IMG/VR virus record: IMGVR_UViG_3300027708_000033
Coordinates: 63,238-127,237 of that record
DNA length: 64,000 nucleotides
Source: a virus
Reading direction: 5' to 3' (one strand)
Within the stretch, counting starts at the first letter, position 1; every line of letters starts with the position of its first letter. Of the stretch, positions 46,557 through 56,639 are shown piece after piece. Made by a program: the position numbers and the translations under genes. The notes under the pieces were generated by a model. That model searched no databases. It saw nothing but the letters and a program-made list of their open reading frames with translations, and was not told where the DNA came from.

Positions 46557-46676
46557 AGTTACACTGTATACGGTTCCTAAAGTTTTCTTTCGAGTGTGTA
46601 GCGCGCCGGACACAGTTTTCGCTGTTCAGAAACAACGCGCCGTAAACGATAGGTTATTTTTGAAACTGCTTGTGCT

Positions 46677-47027
46677 TTACGCCTCGTCCGATGCCAAGTA
46701 CTTTACTAGCTCTGGATTGTCCTGCAACACCATTAGCAGACCGACTTCGTACATGGAAATGAAGTGGTGCTCCCAATCAGAGAACTCGGCAGACTTTCCT
46801 GGCTTACTAGCTGAACCCATTGTGTTATGTATCGCGTGAAGTATCTCGTGTACAAGTACTTGCTTCTTGTTAGACTCGTCTAAGTCAAGAGATAAGACTA
46901 TTAGGTTTCGCTCTGCCAACGTGTAAGCGTGGCTAGCATCTGACAGCATGCCATCATCGCCTGTTCTTCTCTGCTCGACTCGGTACCATTGCGGTCCGAC
47001 TTTTAGTCTTCTCGGAGCTTCAGTCAT
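46677..47027 (-). CDS. HEXXH metallopeptidase-like protein
   Basis: VLVHEILHAI..EH. Confidence 0.7.
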   Translation of the reverse strand: MTEAPRRLKVGPQWYRVEQRRTGDDGMLSDASHAYTLAERNLIVLSLDLDESNKKQVLVHEILHAIHNTMGSASKPGKSAEFSDWEHHFISMYEVGLLMVLQDNPELVKYLASDEA

Positions 47028-47563
47028 CAGACGTTTTCACGGCACTTACGGCACAACAAGGCATCGAACCCGGTAGCTGCCTGAACAACGACACCTCGCT
47101 GAGTCACAGCTACTGGACTTACCTGAGCTTCAGCCAAGCAACGGTCACACTTAGCCTCAACTAGCCACTCAACAGACTTGCCTGCGTCTTGCGCTGCTCT
47201 CAATCCTCGACCTAGTGCATGAAGAGCGCCTGACCCTTCGGTCTTCCTCAAGAAGTTTCGAGTGTCCTCGGCTCTTAGCACAGCACGCAAGTTCTTGCAT
47301 GGACATTCCATTCTCGTTGGCTTACAAATCGTTAGCCCCTGAATCTGAGTGTGCCTTCCTGCAGGATGCCCGCAAACACAGATGTTTCTGTTTCCATTGC
47401 GCCTACGCCCAGAAGCAACTAGCTCCGCTTCACTTGACACAACATCGTCGTATTCAAAATCGACAATCGCAAATCCTTGTCCGGTTACTTTTTCCTGCCC
47501 GACTTCAACGAACTCGTCTTCTAAAATCTCGTCTTCCATTTTTCCTTTTTTCTTTCCGCCCAT
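47027..47563 (-). CDS. Cys-rich hypothetical protein
   Basis: CVCGH..H..C..CPC; CDRC..CRKC. Confidence 0.65.
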   Translation of the reverse strand: MGGKKKGKMEDEILEDEFVEVGQEKVTGQGFAIVDFEYDDVVSSEAELVASGRRRNGNRNICVCGHPAGRHTQIQGLTICKPTRMECPCKNLRAVLRAEDTRNFLRKTEGSGALHALGRGLRAAQDAGKSVEWLVEAKCDRCLAEAQVSPVAVTQRGVVVQAATGFDALLCRKCRENV

Positions 47564-48000
47564 GTCAACTCATGGATTCATGGAATCATAGTATCATAAA
47601 AAGTCCTCCATGTATCCATGTAAGTACTATGAAACTACTTTGATTAGGTTGTAACCATTGAACCTGATTATTCTTTTAAAGGGGCCCCCAGTTAACTCTT
47701 AACGTGTATAGAAATAATAATCAGTAATCACCATTACAGTCAATACATGGTTTTATGGAAGCCGCGATACTAGAGAAAAACGTACGAGCCTTGCGCGAAT
47801 TTTCTTCTAGTATCTGAGATTTTAGTTTTTCATTACTGTATCGCGCTTGTCGTCGCTTATGTACAGAAAAGCGGCTCCCTAGCGACCCCCGCAGACTTTC
47901 ATAAGTTTCATGGAATCATCGACATTTCATAAACAGAGACGCGCTCAAGCGGTCCAGTTCGCGCGCTCCGATACCGCTACTTAGAGTCAAGGACATGTAA

Positions 48001-48034
48001 AAAATCCCCTGCCAATAGCGACAGGGGACTTTTT
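48001..48034 (-). terminator. Intrinsic terminator
   Basis: TCCCCTG..CAGGGGA flanked by A/T tracts. Confidence 0.7.
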
Positions 48035-48049
48035 AGAGGCGCGCCGGAG

Positions 48050-48955
48050 CTAGCGAACCTCACCCCATTCACGAGCCGAATCAACATCTTCGTGCTTCAT
48101 GAAAGACGGTTTTATGTCGCCTGCGACGTTCCAGAAGAGCGTCTCAGGGTTCATCGGAACACCGAGCTTACCGCGAATCAAATACTCGATGCCCTTCATG
48201 TCGTAGTTCGGAGCCGAGCTGATTCCAGTTTCTTCGATAATCTTCTGAGCTTCATCTGCGTCCTGCAAGAACGGACGGTGATAGGAAATAACGTTTGCCC
48301 GACCAATTTCACCGGCCTTCAAGTTTCTGGCAACGGCAACTCCGTGGAACTCAGCGTTCGGGAAGGCTATCTGCAAAGTGCGACACAAGACTCCAGTCGA
48401 GACGACCGAGACAATGTGCTTCGGCTCAGGGCGGTCTCCCCACTGCTGTAACGTCGAGGCCACGCCAGCAGCGACAACAAGTTCGTGGTCTAGACCGAAC
48501 GGAACGAAGAATCCGCCGACCTCGTCAGCATAGTCCTTCGCATACTTATTTAGTACAGGCATCGCAGCGATTCGTCTGAACTTTGTCTTTGCTCCACGCT
48601 CAACACAGATTAGCTGATGGTCGCTTATCTTCTTCGACGCAGGCATAAACAATGTCAAGTTCTTGTCGTACTTATCTACTAGAGCCGACAGCGACATGCC
48701 TGCCCATCCGACTCGAGGCTGGACGTATACGACTTCTTTTTGCTCGACCTTGCTAATAAGCAAGTCTCCCCAGCGTCCTTTAGTTCCTAGCCCGGTTACA
48801 GAGTCGTCCCAGACAGTGGCACCATTCAAATCGACAATCGCCGGTTTCGGTGCCGTGTCTACCCAACCAGAAGCCAACTCTAAATAATAGTCTCTAGTTT
48901 TTTCCTTCAGGTACTTGTTACTTGTATCTGAGGTAATCTCAAATTCAAATGCCAT
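48050..48955 (-). CDS. PLP-dependent (fold II) enzyme of DNA base hypermodification
   Basis: DD..GTKGR..VYVQPR.G.AG.SL..LFMP..VSTGVL.R.LQIA..NYD.K..LFWNVA. Confidence 0.75.
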   Translation of the reverse strand: MAFEFEITSDTSNKYLKEKTRDYYLELASGWVDTAPKPAIVDLNGATVWDDSVTGLGTKGRWGDLLISKVEQKEVVYVQPRVGWAGMSLSALVDKYDKNLTLFMPASKKISDHQLICVERGAKTKFRRIAAMPVLNKYAKDYADEVGGFFVPFGLDHELVVAAGVASTLQQWGDRPEPKHIVSVVSTGVLCRTLQIAFPNAEFHGVAVARNLKAGEIGRANVISYHRPFLQDADEAQKIIEETGISSAPNYDMKGIEYLIRGKLGVPMNPETLFWNVAGDIKPSFMKHEDVDSAREWGEVR

Positions 48956-50033
48956 CTGCTGCTTCTTCTTTCTTCTTGAGTTCTGCGTGCTTCTCCCAAG
49001 TCCAATGCTTAGGGTACTTGATTCCGGTTACCGGATTATGCGTCACTCGCCATAGTTCTAAGTGCTCGTAACCTTTCGGAACGTAAGAGCCAACATAGCG
49101 AATGTAGTCACAAGCCACGTCCTCAAGGCACATCGCTTTGCCCATGCCCTTTTCCATGTCGCTGGTCCCGTAAGGCGACCGAAACTCTTCAACGATTCTG
49201 TCCATTGCAGCGTCAAGAAACTCGTCCTTGCTCTTGAAGCCTTCACCTTTGAAGATGATAGATAAAGCCTCAACAGCGTTCTTGCCGTAGTTTACCTGTG
49301 AATACGGGTCAATGTATTCAGGGAAGTACTCTGCAATGTCCATCACGAACGCCGTCATCTGGAAGTGGAAACACTTCAGACCGTTAGCCTTGTGCCAAGT
49401 GTTTATCAAATCCACACCTTCACGAATTGACAACTCGAGCGGGTGCTCCCTGACGTATCGAGCAACGTCTCTGACTAGCGGGTTCATGAAGTGCCCGATG
49501 TAGTAAGCGCTTGCCTTCTCGTACGGTGCAACTGGCTTAGGGAACATCGGAATCGTGTTACCGATACTTGTAAAGATAGGCTTACCAGTCGCCATGATTC
49601 TAAGAGCGTGGTCTCGCATCTCGTCAATGGTTTTGTTCTCTAGTGCAATCTCAAGTAGCACCGAGTTTCTAAAGCCATGGTCATGACTGAACGATGCACC
49701 TGAGCCGGTTAGTCTGTGGAACAAGAATAGCCAAAGCCACTCCTCGAGTCCTAAGCTCTCATGCAACCCATCACATCTCTTATCGACTTGCCACTGCTTA
49801 GGGTTATCAGACCCATACCAAACTTGCTGGATAGCATTAGCAAATCCGGCAAAGCAACGATCGACGGTATCGTAGATAGTGATGTGATGCTGCAACGGGT
49901 CGTTTACGTGCAACGGCTCAGACGTGTCTCGGCCTAAAGGTGCTGCAATGTTTATCTCTTGAAGCGCTGCAGCTTTCTTATAGTACTCTTTAAACTCTTC
50001 CCAGTGCTCTGTGTAAATCAACTTACCCGGCAT
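48945..50033 (-). CDS. Amino acid:DNA transferase (aGPT-Pplase-like) for thymidine hypermodification
   Basis: IYD.V.R..AGF..HRLTGSG..FTS.G..P.FPK..G.NA..EDVACDYIRY; adjacent to PLP enzyme. Confidence 0.65.
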   Translation of the reverse strand: MPGKLIYTEHWEEFKEYYKKAAALQEINIAAPLGRDTSEPLHVNDPLQHHITIYDTVDRCFAGFANAIQQVWYGSDNPKQWQVDKRCDGLHESLGLEEWLWLFLFHRLTGSGASFSHDHGFRNSVLLEIALENKTIDEMRDHALRIMATGKPIFTSIGNTIPMFPKPVAPYEKASAYYIGHFMNPLVRDVARYVREHPLELSIREGVDLINTWHKANGLKCFHFQMTAFVMDIAEYFPEYIDPYSQVNYGKNAVEALSIIFKGEGFKSKDEFLDAAMDRIVEEFRSPYGTSDMEKGMGKAMCLEDVACDYIRYVGSYVPKGYEHLELWRVTHNPVTGIKYPKHWTWEKHAELKKKEEAADGI

Positions 50034-50210
50034 TTACTTCTTTCCTTTGACAAGCTCTAGTGCCGTCTCAAGACCGTCTAGGTACTCACGGTCGACTAGC
50101 ATTGGATTGCTGACTCGGCTAATTTCGTCTTCTATCTTTTTTGCAATACGCTGCTGCTCTTCTGCGGCACCGTCTTCTTTACCTAGGTCATAGGCTTCAA
50201 TTCCACTCAC
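50034..50210 (-). CDS. Small hypothetical protein
   Basis: Coupled ORF. Confidence 0.45.
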   Translation of the reverse strand: MSGIEAYDLGKEDGAAEEQQRIAKKIEDEISRVSNPMLVDREYLDGLETALELVKGKK

Positions 50211-50410
50211 TTGTTTTCTCCTTTGATTATTTCGATTGCCTCGCAAAAACAAAAGCCTTTTGTGTCGTGTCCGCCGTCAAGTCGGCACTTGCTCTTATCT
50301 CTTAGTAGTTCAACAACTTGCTTCTCAGCGTCTTCCCAACCCCAGCCATAACATTGACGTTCAAAGTCGCTCATTGTGTTTCTAGCTGCACTGTTCTTTG
50401 GCTTGCTCAT
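50207..50410 (-). CDS. Small hypothetical protein
   Basis: Coupled ORF. Confidence 0.45.
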   Translation of the reverse strand: MSKPKNSAARNTMSDFERQCYGWGWEDAEKQVVELLRDKSKCRLDGGHDTKGFCFCEAIEIIKGENK

Positions 50411-50543
50411 TTAGTTCTCTCCTCAATAAAAGCAACAACGGTCCAGTACCAACGCTTTACGCCGTAGCGATTCCACCATTTATGCAGAGGACTTGTTTTG
50501 TGTGGTCGGCATCTGCCTTTGCGGCAATCGAAGCACCCAGGCT

Positions 50544-51563
50544 TCATTTGCTTTCTTCTCTAGCACAGTTGTTTTCTAGGTCCCACTCGTAGTGTCCTGG
50601 TGACAAGTGGACTGAACGAGGCTTTTCCATGTACGTCTCTGCGTAGACTTGCGGGTCTAGCTCGAACCATTCTGCAGGCCACTGCTTCACACGCTCAGCA
50701 CCGAATCGACTTACAAGTCCGTCAGTTATGTATTTCCTCAGAGCTTCACGTTCTTCACGAGACCCGATAAACGGAGTGCCTTTGTACCAACCAGTCTTTG
50801 GAAGCTTTCGCTCCTCATACTCGATAGGGTACGGTGCTGTAATCTCCACGTCCTCAGCTATTGAACCGGTAATCACACCACGCAACTGCACTCGCAACTC
50901 GTCTAGCATTGTGTCGATAGCAGCAAACGGTTCAGGCTGGCGCATTAGGTGATGGCGAATGTCAATGTTAGTACCAACGATGACCAGCTTCTTAGTCTTC
51001 TCGATTCCAGCTTCTTTGAGCATCTCAACAATGCCACGCTTCAATAGTCCATGCATTGTCAGGCCATCGTTACGTAGAAGTCTAGTCCTGCTTTGGTATC
51101 GAGCAACCGAGTGCGAGTCTCCAAGAACTACTCGCTCAGCGTTAGGAACCAGCATCTCGGCACTCATCCATGGACAGTTGTCCACAATGTGCTGCAACGC
51201 TGCCCACTCTTCGTCTGTCAAGTTGCAGTCGCTCTTGTCTCCACGAGGTTTTAGAATTCCAACTAGGTCAGGCATCGGTCTCTCAAGAGAAACCACCCGC
51301 TCGGCACCCTTGCGAATCATCAAGCGTAGACGCTCGGCATGCTCAGGCTGCCAACCAGCGTTTAGGTTATAGGTGTCTTTGAACTCCATGCCGTGCGAGA
51401 CAGCCCAAAAGTCTGCTTGCTCGATGATGTTATTGTCACCAAATGCTAAGACAACGTCTTTGCCTAAGTCCTGTAACTGGCACTTCTGTGTTCTAGGCCA
51501 TGATGAACGATGCGAGTAGATTCTTGATGTGAACGGTGTGACGATGTCGTCTATTGCTATCAT
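50544..51563 (-). CDS. SGNH-like (GDSH) protein heading the modification cluster
   Basis: VLGDSH..G.TM.G..NIDIRHH..PKTG.YKGTPF.GS..MEKP.SVHLSP. Confidence 0.6.
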   Translation of the reverse strand: MIAIDDIVTPFTSRIYSHRSSWPRTQKCQLQDLGKDVVLAFGDNNIIEQADFWAVSHGMEFKDTYNLNAGWQPEHAERLRLMIRKGAERVVSLERPMPDLVGILKPRGDKSDCNLTDEEWAALQHIVDNCPWMSAEMLVPNAERVVLGDSHSVARYQSRTRLLRNDGLTMHGLLKRGIVEMLKEAGIEKTKKLVIVGTNIDIRHHLMRQPEPFAAIDTMLDELRVQLRGVITGSIAEDVEITAPYPIEYEERKLPKTGWYKGTPFIGSREEREALRKYITDGLVSRFGAERVKQWPAEWFELDPQVYAETYMEKPRSVHLSPGHYEWDLENNCAREESK

Positions 51564-51593
51564 GTTTATCCTGTCTCTTGCGTCTTTAGATTA

Positions 51594-52016
51594 TTATACC
51601 GTGTCTTCGGTATGCACGACCACTTCTTGTTCAGGCTCGTCAAAGTTTTCTGAAGCGTCTTCAGCTTCTGTTTCAGCTTTAGCTTTTGCTGCAGCAACAG
51701 CTGCCGCGGCTTCTTCTTTGGCCTTCTTCTTTACCATGCTCTGTGTCATGTACTCAGCGACAACTAGATTCTCAGGCACCGCTCCGATAGTTCCGTCCTT
51801 CTCAACGACAACGGCTACAGGCTTCCAGTCGGCATTACACTCACAACTACAAATCGTCAGCTTGTCAAACCAAGCAATTTCATGGATGCACTCATGTGGT
51901 TTTTCATTTTCTAACGTTGCTTGGCTTGGATAAGAGCAGTACCCACACGCTGCCGTGTAACTTACAGTTCTCGTTCCGTACCAACTTGACGGATTATCTC
52001 CGGTTATTCTTGCCAT
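51594..52016 (-). CDS. Cys-rich hypothetical protein
   Basis: CGYC..HEC..CSCEC. Confidence 0.55.
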   Translation of the reverse strand: MARITGDNPSSWYGTRTVSYTAACGYCSYPSQATLENEKPHECIHEIAWFDKLTICSCECNADWKPVAVVVEKDGTIGAVPENLVVAEYMTQSMVKKKAKEEAAAAVAAAKAKAETEAEDASENFDEPEQEVVVHTEDTV

Positions 52017-52347
52017 TGCGTTCCTCTCCAAGTCCTATGTCCATTGTTTCTGTCCAGTCTCTGATGACTCCACCAAGTGATTCTAGTTTTGCTGGTAGCA
52101 GATACTTTTCCCAGTCAGCAGGGTCTAACAGCGAGTCTTTCAAAAGATTCATCAAAAGACTAAGTTGTGTCATAGCGTCTTGCTCTGACATTATTGGCAG
52201 TATTCTCATTATCGGCATTTGAGACATGTGCATTGCCCTTATCGGATGACCGTCAACCATCAAGACAATAACCTTGAGCTCTTCGCCAAACTCGTCACCT
52301 AACTGAGACTGGTCATCAAACTTGCCGTTACGTTTTCTAAACCACAT
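51994..52347 (-). CDS. Hypothetical protein
   Basis: Coupled ORF. Confidence 0.55.
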   Translation of the reverse strand: MWFRKRNGKFDDQSQLGDEFGEELKVIVLMVDGHPIRAMHMSQMPIMRILPIMSEQDAMTQLSLLMNLLKDSLLDPADWEKYLLPAKLESLGGVIRDWTETMDIGLGEERNGKNNRR

Positions 52348-52687
52348 TAGACGACTCTTCTTTCTTTATCCAGCGACTTCCGTTTTCAGTTCTTGGAATC
52401 AAAGCCCAGTTCTTGTTGTAAAGCGTGTGCTTTCGGTCGTAGCCAAGTTCAGGCTGCCGTTCAACTTCAAACAGGTCGACCTCGTAGTTGTAAGAGTTTC
52501 CAAACACGTAATACTTTGTGAGGTAGCCTCGGCTAGCCCAATAGATTACCATTTCTCTAGAGACACCTACTTCGTATGCTGCTTGCTTACAACTCATTAG
52601 CACGGCGCCTTTAGCTCCGGCTTCTTCTCGAGTCGTCACTACTTCAATAGGAACAGCTACACTGCGTTTGCTTTTTCCTTTTGCCAT
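52337..52687 (-). CDS. MerR/excisionase-like HTH protein
   Basis: LMSCKQAAYEVGVSREMVIYWASRGYL; TGTACT-17-TATAAT promoter at 52723-52751. Confidence 0.65.
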   Translation of the reverse strand: MAKGKSKRSVAVPIEVVTTREEAGAKGAVLMSCKQAAYEVGVSREMVIYWASRGYLTKYYVFGNSYNYEVDLFEVERQPELGYDRKHTLYNKNWALIPRTENGSRWIKKEESSNVV

Positions 52688-52791
52688 GTCGCTCCTCAAA
52701 CTTTCATACGTAACTCTATTCAATTATACCTGATTCTAGTCTGCAAGTACACTATCAAGTCAGCGTTTCTAAAATGCTTTACAATATAAGA

Positions 52792-53034
52792 GTGGATACA
52801 GATGACTACTATGATGGAAAAGTTCGAGCGCAGCTAAGGCAAGTCCGCCTCTGCTCGCTAGTACTTGAAGGCATCAACAACAATCTCACTGAGCCAGTAA
52901 CTGCAGACTCAAAAGCTGATTTAGTTATTGTCTCAGAGAACTTGCTAGTCGAAGTAATGAAGCTCGTCGAGCATGCAAGGTCCATCGCTTGGAACGAAGA
53001 GCCGACTAACATACCGCCAAACACAATAATCTAG
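52792..53034 (+). CDS. Hypothetical protein, probably leaderless
   Basis: TACAAT 6 nt before GTG. Confidence 0.5.
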   Translation: MDTDDYYDGKVRAQLRQVRLCSLVLEGINNNLTEPVTADSKADLVIVSENLLVEVMKLVEHARSIAWNEEPTNIPPNTII

Positions 53035-53064
53035 TACCTAGATGTAGGTGCAAGAAAGAATGAG

Positions 53065-56000
53065 ATGCTACGTCCTGAAAAGGGCGAGGGAGAGCGTCCA
53101 GCTAAGTCTTACAATTCAATAAAAAAAGCACCGCTGATTTTCACAACGGCGCTTCTTGTAGGTTATCCACTTTGCCTTGGTCAGGCAGCACTAGCCTCTA
53201 CTTCTTCCTTCGGACTACACTCACAACAAGACCAATCACGAACAGCGCTACATACGCGCTCACAAAGCCTACCCAAAAACTATCTAGGTTTACGGTTACA
53301 CTCACTGTCGACACTTCCTTCCGATAATCAGATTTCTAATCTTGAGTCTATCTTATCTGATTACAAGTCAAAACTTACAACTATTCGCAACCAAGCCGCT
53401 GACCGTCCAGACTTAGACCTATCCGCTTCAATCAGCGCAATCCAGTCTGACATCAACACACTGACCGAACGAATTGCAGTTCTCAACTCAACGCTAACTC
53501 TTTACTCTAAGCACAAGGCTACACTTGCTCAAGCAACCCAAGCCTACAACTCAGCTCTCACAAAACAGACAGACCTTTCGACCGAGCTTCAACAGGCAAC
53601 AGCTAACCGTGACTCACTAGCAACTCAAAGTGCAAGTGCTGCCCAAACTCTTGCAGCTGCAAATCAAGATGTGACTAATGCTACTCAAGCTCTTGCAGAC
53701 GCAAACGCTGCAGTGCTAGCCGCTACAGACAAGAACGCAAAAGCAGCTACCGCGCTTCAGCTTGCCAATCAAAACAAGAACGCATCTGACCGAGCAGTCA
53801 CCTCAGCAGAGCTAGCACTCGCTAAAACTACAGACACACTTACTCAGGTTCAACAAGACCTTGTAGCTGCGCGGACTCTTCTTGCAGAGACTACTGCAAA
53901 TCGTGACGCAGCGTCTACTTTGTTCTGGCAGCTACAAGCAGAGCTCGGTCCTGTTTATGACAAGATAGGCGCTGCGCAGACTAAACTAGACTTAGCAACT
54001 AGCAACTACCAGCACGCTAACACTGTGACAGGTCGCACCGGTGCAGCACTTACATCGGCTAACTCTGCACTAGACACAACAACAGCTAAACTGCAACAGG
54101 CTAACCAGGACTTGGCAGCAAAGACGGCGACACTGCAGCAGTCGTACGTATCTCTTCAGGCTGCACAAGACAGCTATGCACAGTACCTAGCTGCAAACGA
54201 CTCAAGCGCTCAACAACTTGCTCAGGCTAATCAGTCACTAACTAATGCTCAATCAGACTACTACGCTAAATACCAGAGCTATCAAGACATGCTAGCCAAC
54301 TATCAACAGGCTCAAGTTGACCAGGATTCAGCCTATGCTACGTATCAACAGGCGCAGTCTACACTTGACTTAGCAACTTCATCACTTGCTCAAGCACAGT
54401 CGAACTACGACACTAAACTAATAGTAGACCCGACATCTAACTTGCCAGCTGCAACTCCTGGAATCAAGGTCGACATCTACAATCAGCTAACCTCATCTAA
54501 TCCAAGACGCGACCCGAATGCCTATCATTTCTGCAAGACAGAAACACTAGCGCTAATCAACTACAACTGGGGTGGCGGCAACGTTGAAGGCTGCGGCAAT
54601 GATTATGTCATGCTTCACTATACCGGCTACTTTACGCCGGACCAGAACATTACTTATTTACAGAACAACGCCGATGACGGCTTCTACATGGAACTCGATG
54701 GAGTCACCGTCATCAATGACTGGCGACTAAAAGGCTGTGGCGGAAGCTGGTATCCAGTTTCTCTAAATAAGGGTCAAACTTATCGACTAGATGCCTGGTT
54801 CTATGAATGGGGCGGCGGCGCTTGCTCTAGTCTTTTCTACCAATCAAACAGTAGCTGGGGAAATGTTCCAGCAGCGTGGTACACGCAAAGCCAGCCAGCT
54901 CCAATGATTAAAGACCCAGCGCTTCTAGCGATTCTCAACACTAAGCGTGATGAGTATAACGCAGCACTAGCTGCTCTAGACACTTCGTACAGCAACTATC
55001 AAGTTAGTGTCGCGCACCGTGAAGACTTAGGCTCTCACTACAACGACTATGTTGACGCGGTAAATAAAGCCGGTTGGAATTGGCAAGCCGTTGCAGTTAC
55101 TCAGTCCGATGCAGCACAGGCTTACTCAAACGCAAGTCAAGACCTAGCACAGGCTCAGCAACTTTTGGACCAGGCGCAAGCAACTTACGACCTAAACGGT
55201 GTTGCACTTCAAGCTGCAAGTGATACACTTGCCCAGGCACAGCAAGACTACGACCAGGCAGTTGCAAACATCTCGGCTCTCTCTGCAGCTCTAGACCAAG
55301 CTAGACTTGACGAGGCTGCAGCTCTTCAAGCAGTGAACGATGCCACCACTCTTCCAGGTCAAGCCCAAGCTGATTACGACCAGTTGCTTGACAGACGTAA
55401 CTCAGCATGGGAAGATTACGGCGTCTATAACAACAAAGCGTCTTCACTTACTGCTAGCATTGCAGACTACGAGTCAAAGCTCTCTAGCGCGTCATCAGCC
55501 AAGATTGTAAATGAACAAGACCTGGCAGATGCCATAACCGTAGCTGCAGCATCAAAGACTAATCTTACAAATGCTCAAGCGGTTCTAGGCAGCACGATTA
55601 CAAGTCTAGACCTTGCAACACAAGCCTTGTCGAATGCGACCACTGTAAAAGACACGGCAGCTACTAATCTAGTAACAGCCACTACAAAGGCTCAAGCAAC
55701 ACAGACCGACTTAGCGCAAGCAGAGACAGTCGTAGTGCAAGCAACAGATAACGTAACCTCTGCTACTAATGAGGTCGAGTCGCTAAAGACCGAAGTTGCA
55801 ACAGCTGAAGACACTGTCTCAGCTACCGAGTTGACTATCGTGTCGAACTATCAAGTAGCACAAGCTGTGTCGCCAGACTTTAATGCAGTTGAAACTAAAC
55901 TTGCAACTCCTAAGCCAGACCCTGTACCAGAGGAAGGAAGCAAGGAGATTCCAGTAGACTTGTCCGCCGATAATCTTATGAGCGTCGACTTGACAGCGGT

Positions 56001-56382
56001 CGACCCAACCGAACTTACTCCAGAACAAGCAGACCAACTTGTTGCAGCAGCTCTTGAGACTTTCCAGACAGCAGAACCTGGCTCAGCACAGTATGAGCAA
56101 GCTCTCGATGCCTTGTTTGTTGCTGCTCAGCAAGACGACATTGAACTCTCGCCAGAACTTGCTGCTATACCAGGACTTGCTGCTGCAACAGAACTTATCA
56201 ACTTTATTGGCAACGTAGGTGCCGACATGTCTCCAAAGGTTCGTGCAGAGTCAAAGAAAATCATTGTTACAGCAGTAGTCGCAGCAGGTGTTGCAGTTCA
56301 AGCAGCAGCAGGAGCAGCGGCAAGCGCAGCAGCATCTTCCAGTTCCTCATCTGGTTCTGGTTCATCTAGAAGAAAGCAGTAA
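53065..56382 (+). CDS. Large coiled-coil membrane-anchored protein with central PA14 domain
   Basis: N-terminal hydrophobic segment; A/Q/T heptads; INYNWGGG..YTGY..ADDGF..WFYEWGGG; C-terminal TM. Confidence 0.8.
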   Translation: MLRPEKGEGERPAKSYNSIKKAPLIFTTALLVGYPLCLGQAALASTSSFGLHSQQDQSRTALHTRSQSLPKNYLGLRLHSLSTLPSDNQISNLESILSDYKSKLTTIRNQAADRPDLDLSASISAIQSDINTLTERIAVLNSTLTLYSKHKATLAQATQAYNSALTKQTDLSTELQQATANRDSLATQSASAAQTLAAANQDVTNATQALADANAAVLAATDKNAKAATALQLANQNKNASDRAVTSAELALAKTTDTLTQVQQDLVAARTLLAETTANRDAASTLFWQLQAELGPVYDKIGAAQTKLDLATSNYQHANTVTGRTGAALTSANSALDTTTAKLQQANQDLAAKTATLQQSYVSLQAAQDSYAQYLAANDSSAQQLAQANQSLTNAQSDYYAKYQSYQDMLANYQQAQVDQDSAYATYQQAQSTLDLATSSLAQAQSNYDTKLIVDPTSNLPAATPGIKVDIYNQLTSSNPRRDPNAYHFCKTETLALINYNWGGGNVEGCGNDYVMLHYTGYFTPDQNITYLQNNADDGFYMELDGVTVINDWRLKGCGGSWYPVSLNKGQTYRLDAWFYEWGGGACSSLFYQSNSSWGNVPAAWYTQSQPAPMIKDPALLAILNTKRDEYNAALAALDTSYSNYQVSVAHREDLGSHYNDYVDAVNKAGWNWQAVAVTQSDAAQAYSNASQDLAQAQQLLDQAQATYDLNGVALQAASDTLAQAQQDYDQAVANISALSAALDQARLDEAAALQAVNDATTLPGQAQADYDQLLDRRNSAWEDYGVYNNKASSLTASIADYESKLSSASSAKIVNEQDLADAITVAAASKTNLTNAQAVLGSTITSLDLATQALSNATTVKDTAATNLVTATTKAQATQTDLAQAETVVVQATDNVTSATNEVESLKTEVATAEDTVSATELTIVSNYQVAQAVSPDFNAVETKLATPKPDPVPEEGSKEIPVDLSADNLMSVDLTAVDPTELTPEQADQLVAAALETFQTAEPGSAQYEQALDALFVAAQQDDIELSPELAAIPGLAAATELINFIGNVGADMSPKVRAESKKIIVTAVVAAGVAVQAAAGAAASAAASSSSSSGSGSSRRKQ

Positions 56383-56384
56383 AA

Positions 56385-56639
56385 ATGAAAGACTTTTTAA
56401 AAGGTCTACTAAAAGACATCATTGACCAAGCATGGACTCTACTAGGTATGGCAGTTGCATGGCTAGTTCTTGAGGGTTCAGCCAAGGCGCTGACTGGTAA
56501 TCTAATCATGATTACGCTTGGCATCTGGGTGCTGACCTTCCCTCTACGCTATGAAAAGCCTGAGAAAGAAGAGAAGAAGCCTGTTGCTAAGAAGCCTGTA
56601 GCTCGCAAGAAGCCAGCTGCAAAGAAGACGGAGAAGTGA
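56385..56639 (+). CDS. Two-TM membrane protein (holin-like)
   Basis: Two TM helices, basic tail, upstream of endolysin. Confidence 0.55.
   Translation: MKDFLKGLLKDIIDQAWTLLGMAVAWLVLEGSAKALTGNLIMITLGIWVLTFPLRYEKPEKEEKKPVAKKPVARKKPAAKKTEK

Noticed and set aside
53400-55900. Tape measure protein call for the 1105-aa ORF
   Set aside because: PA14 domain, terminal hydrophobic anchors and lysis-gene context rather than a tail operon
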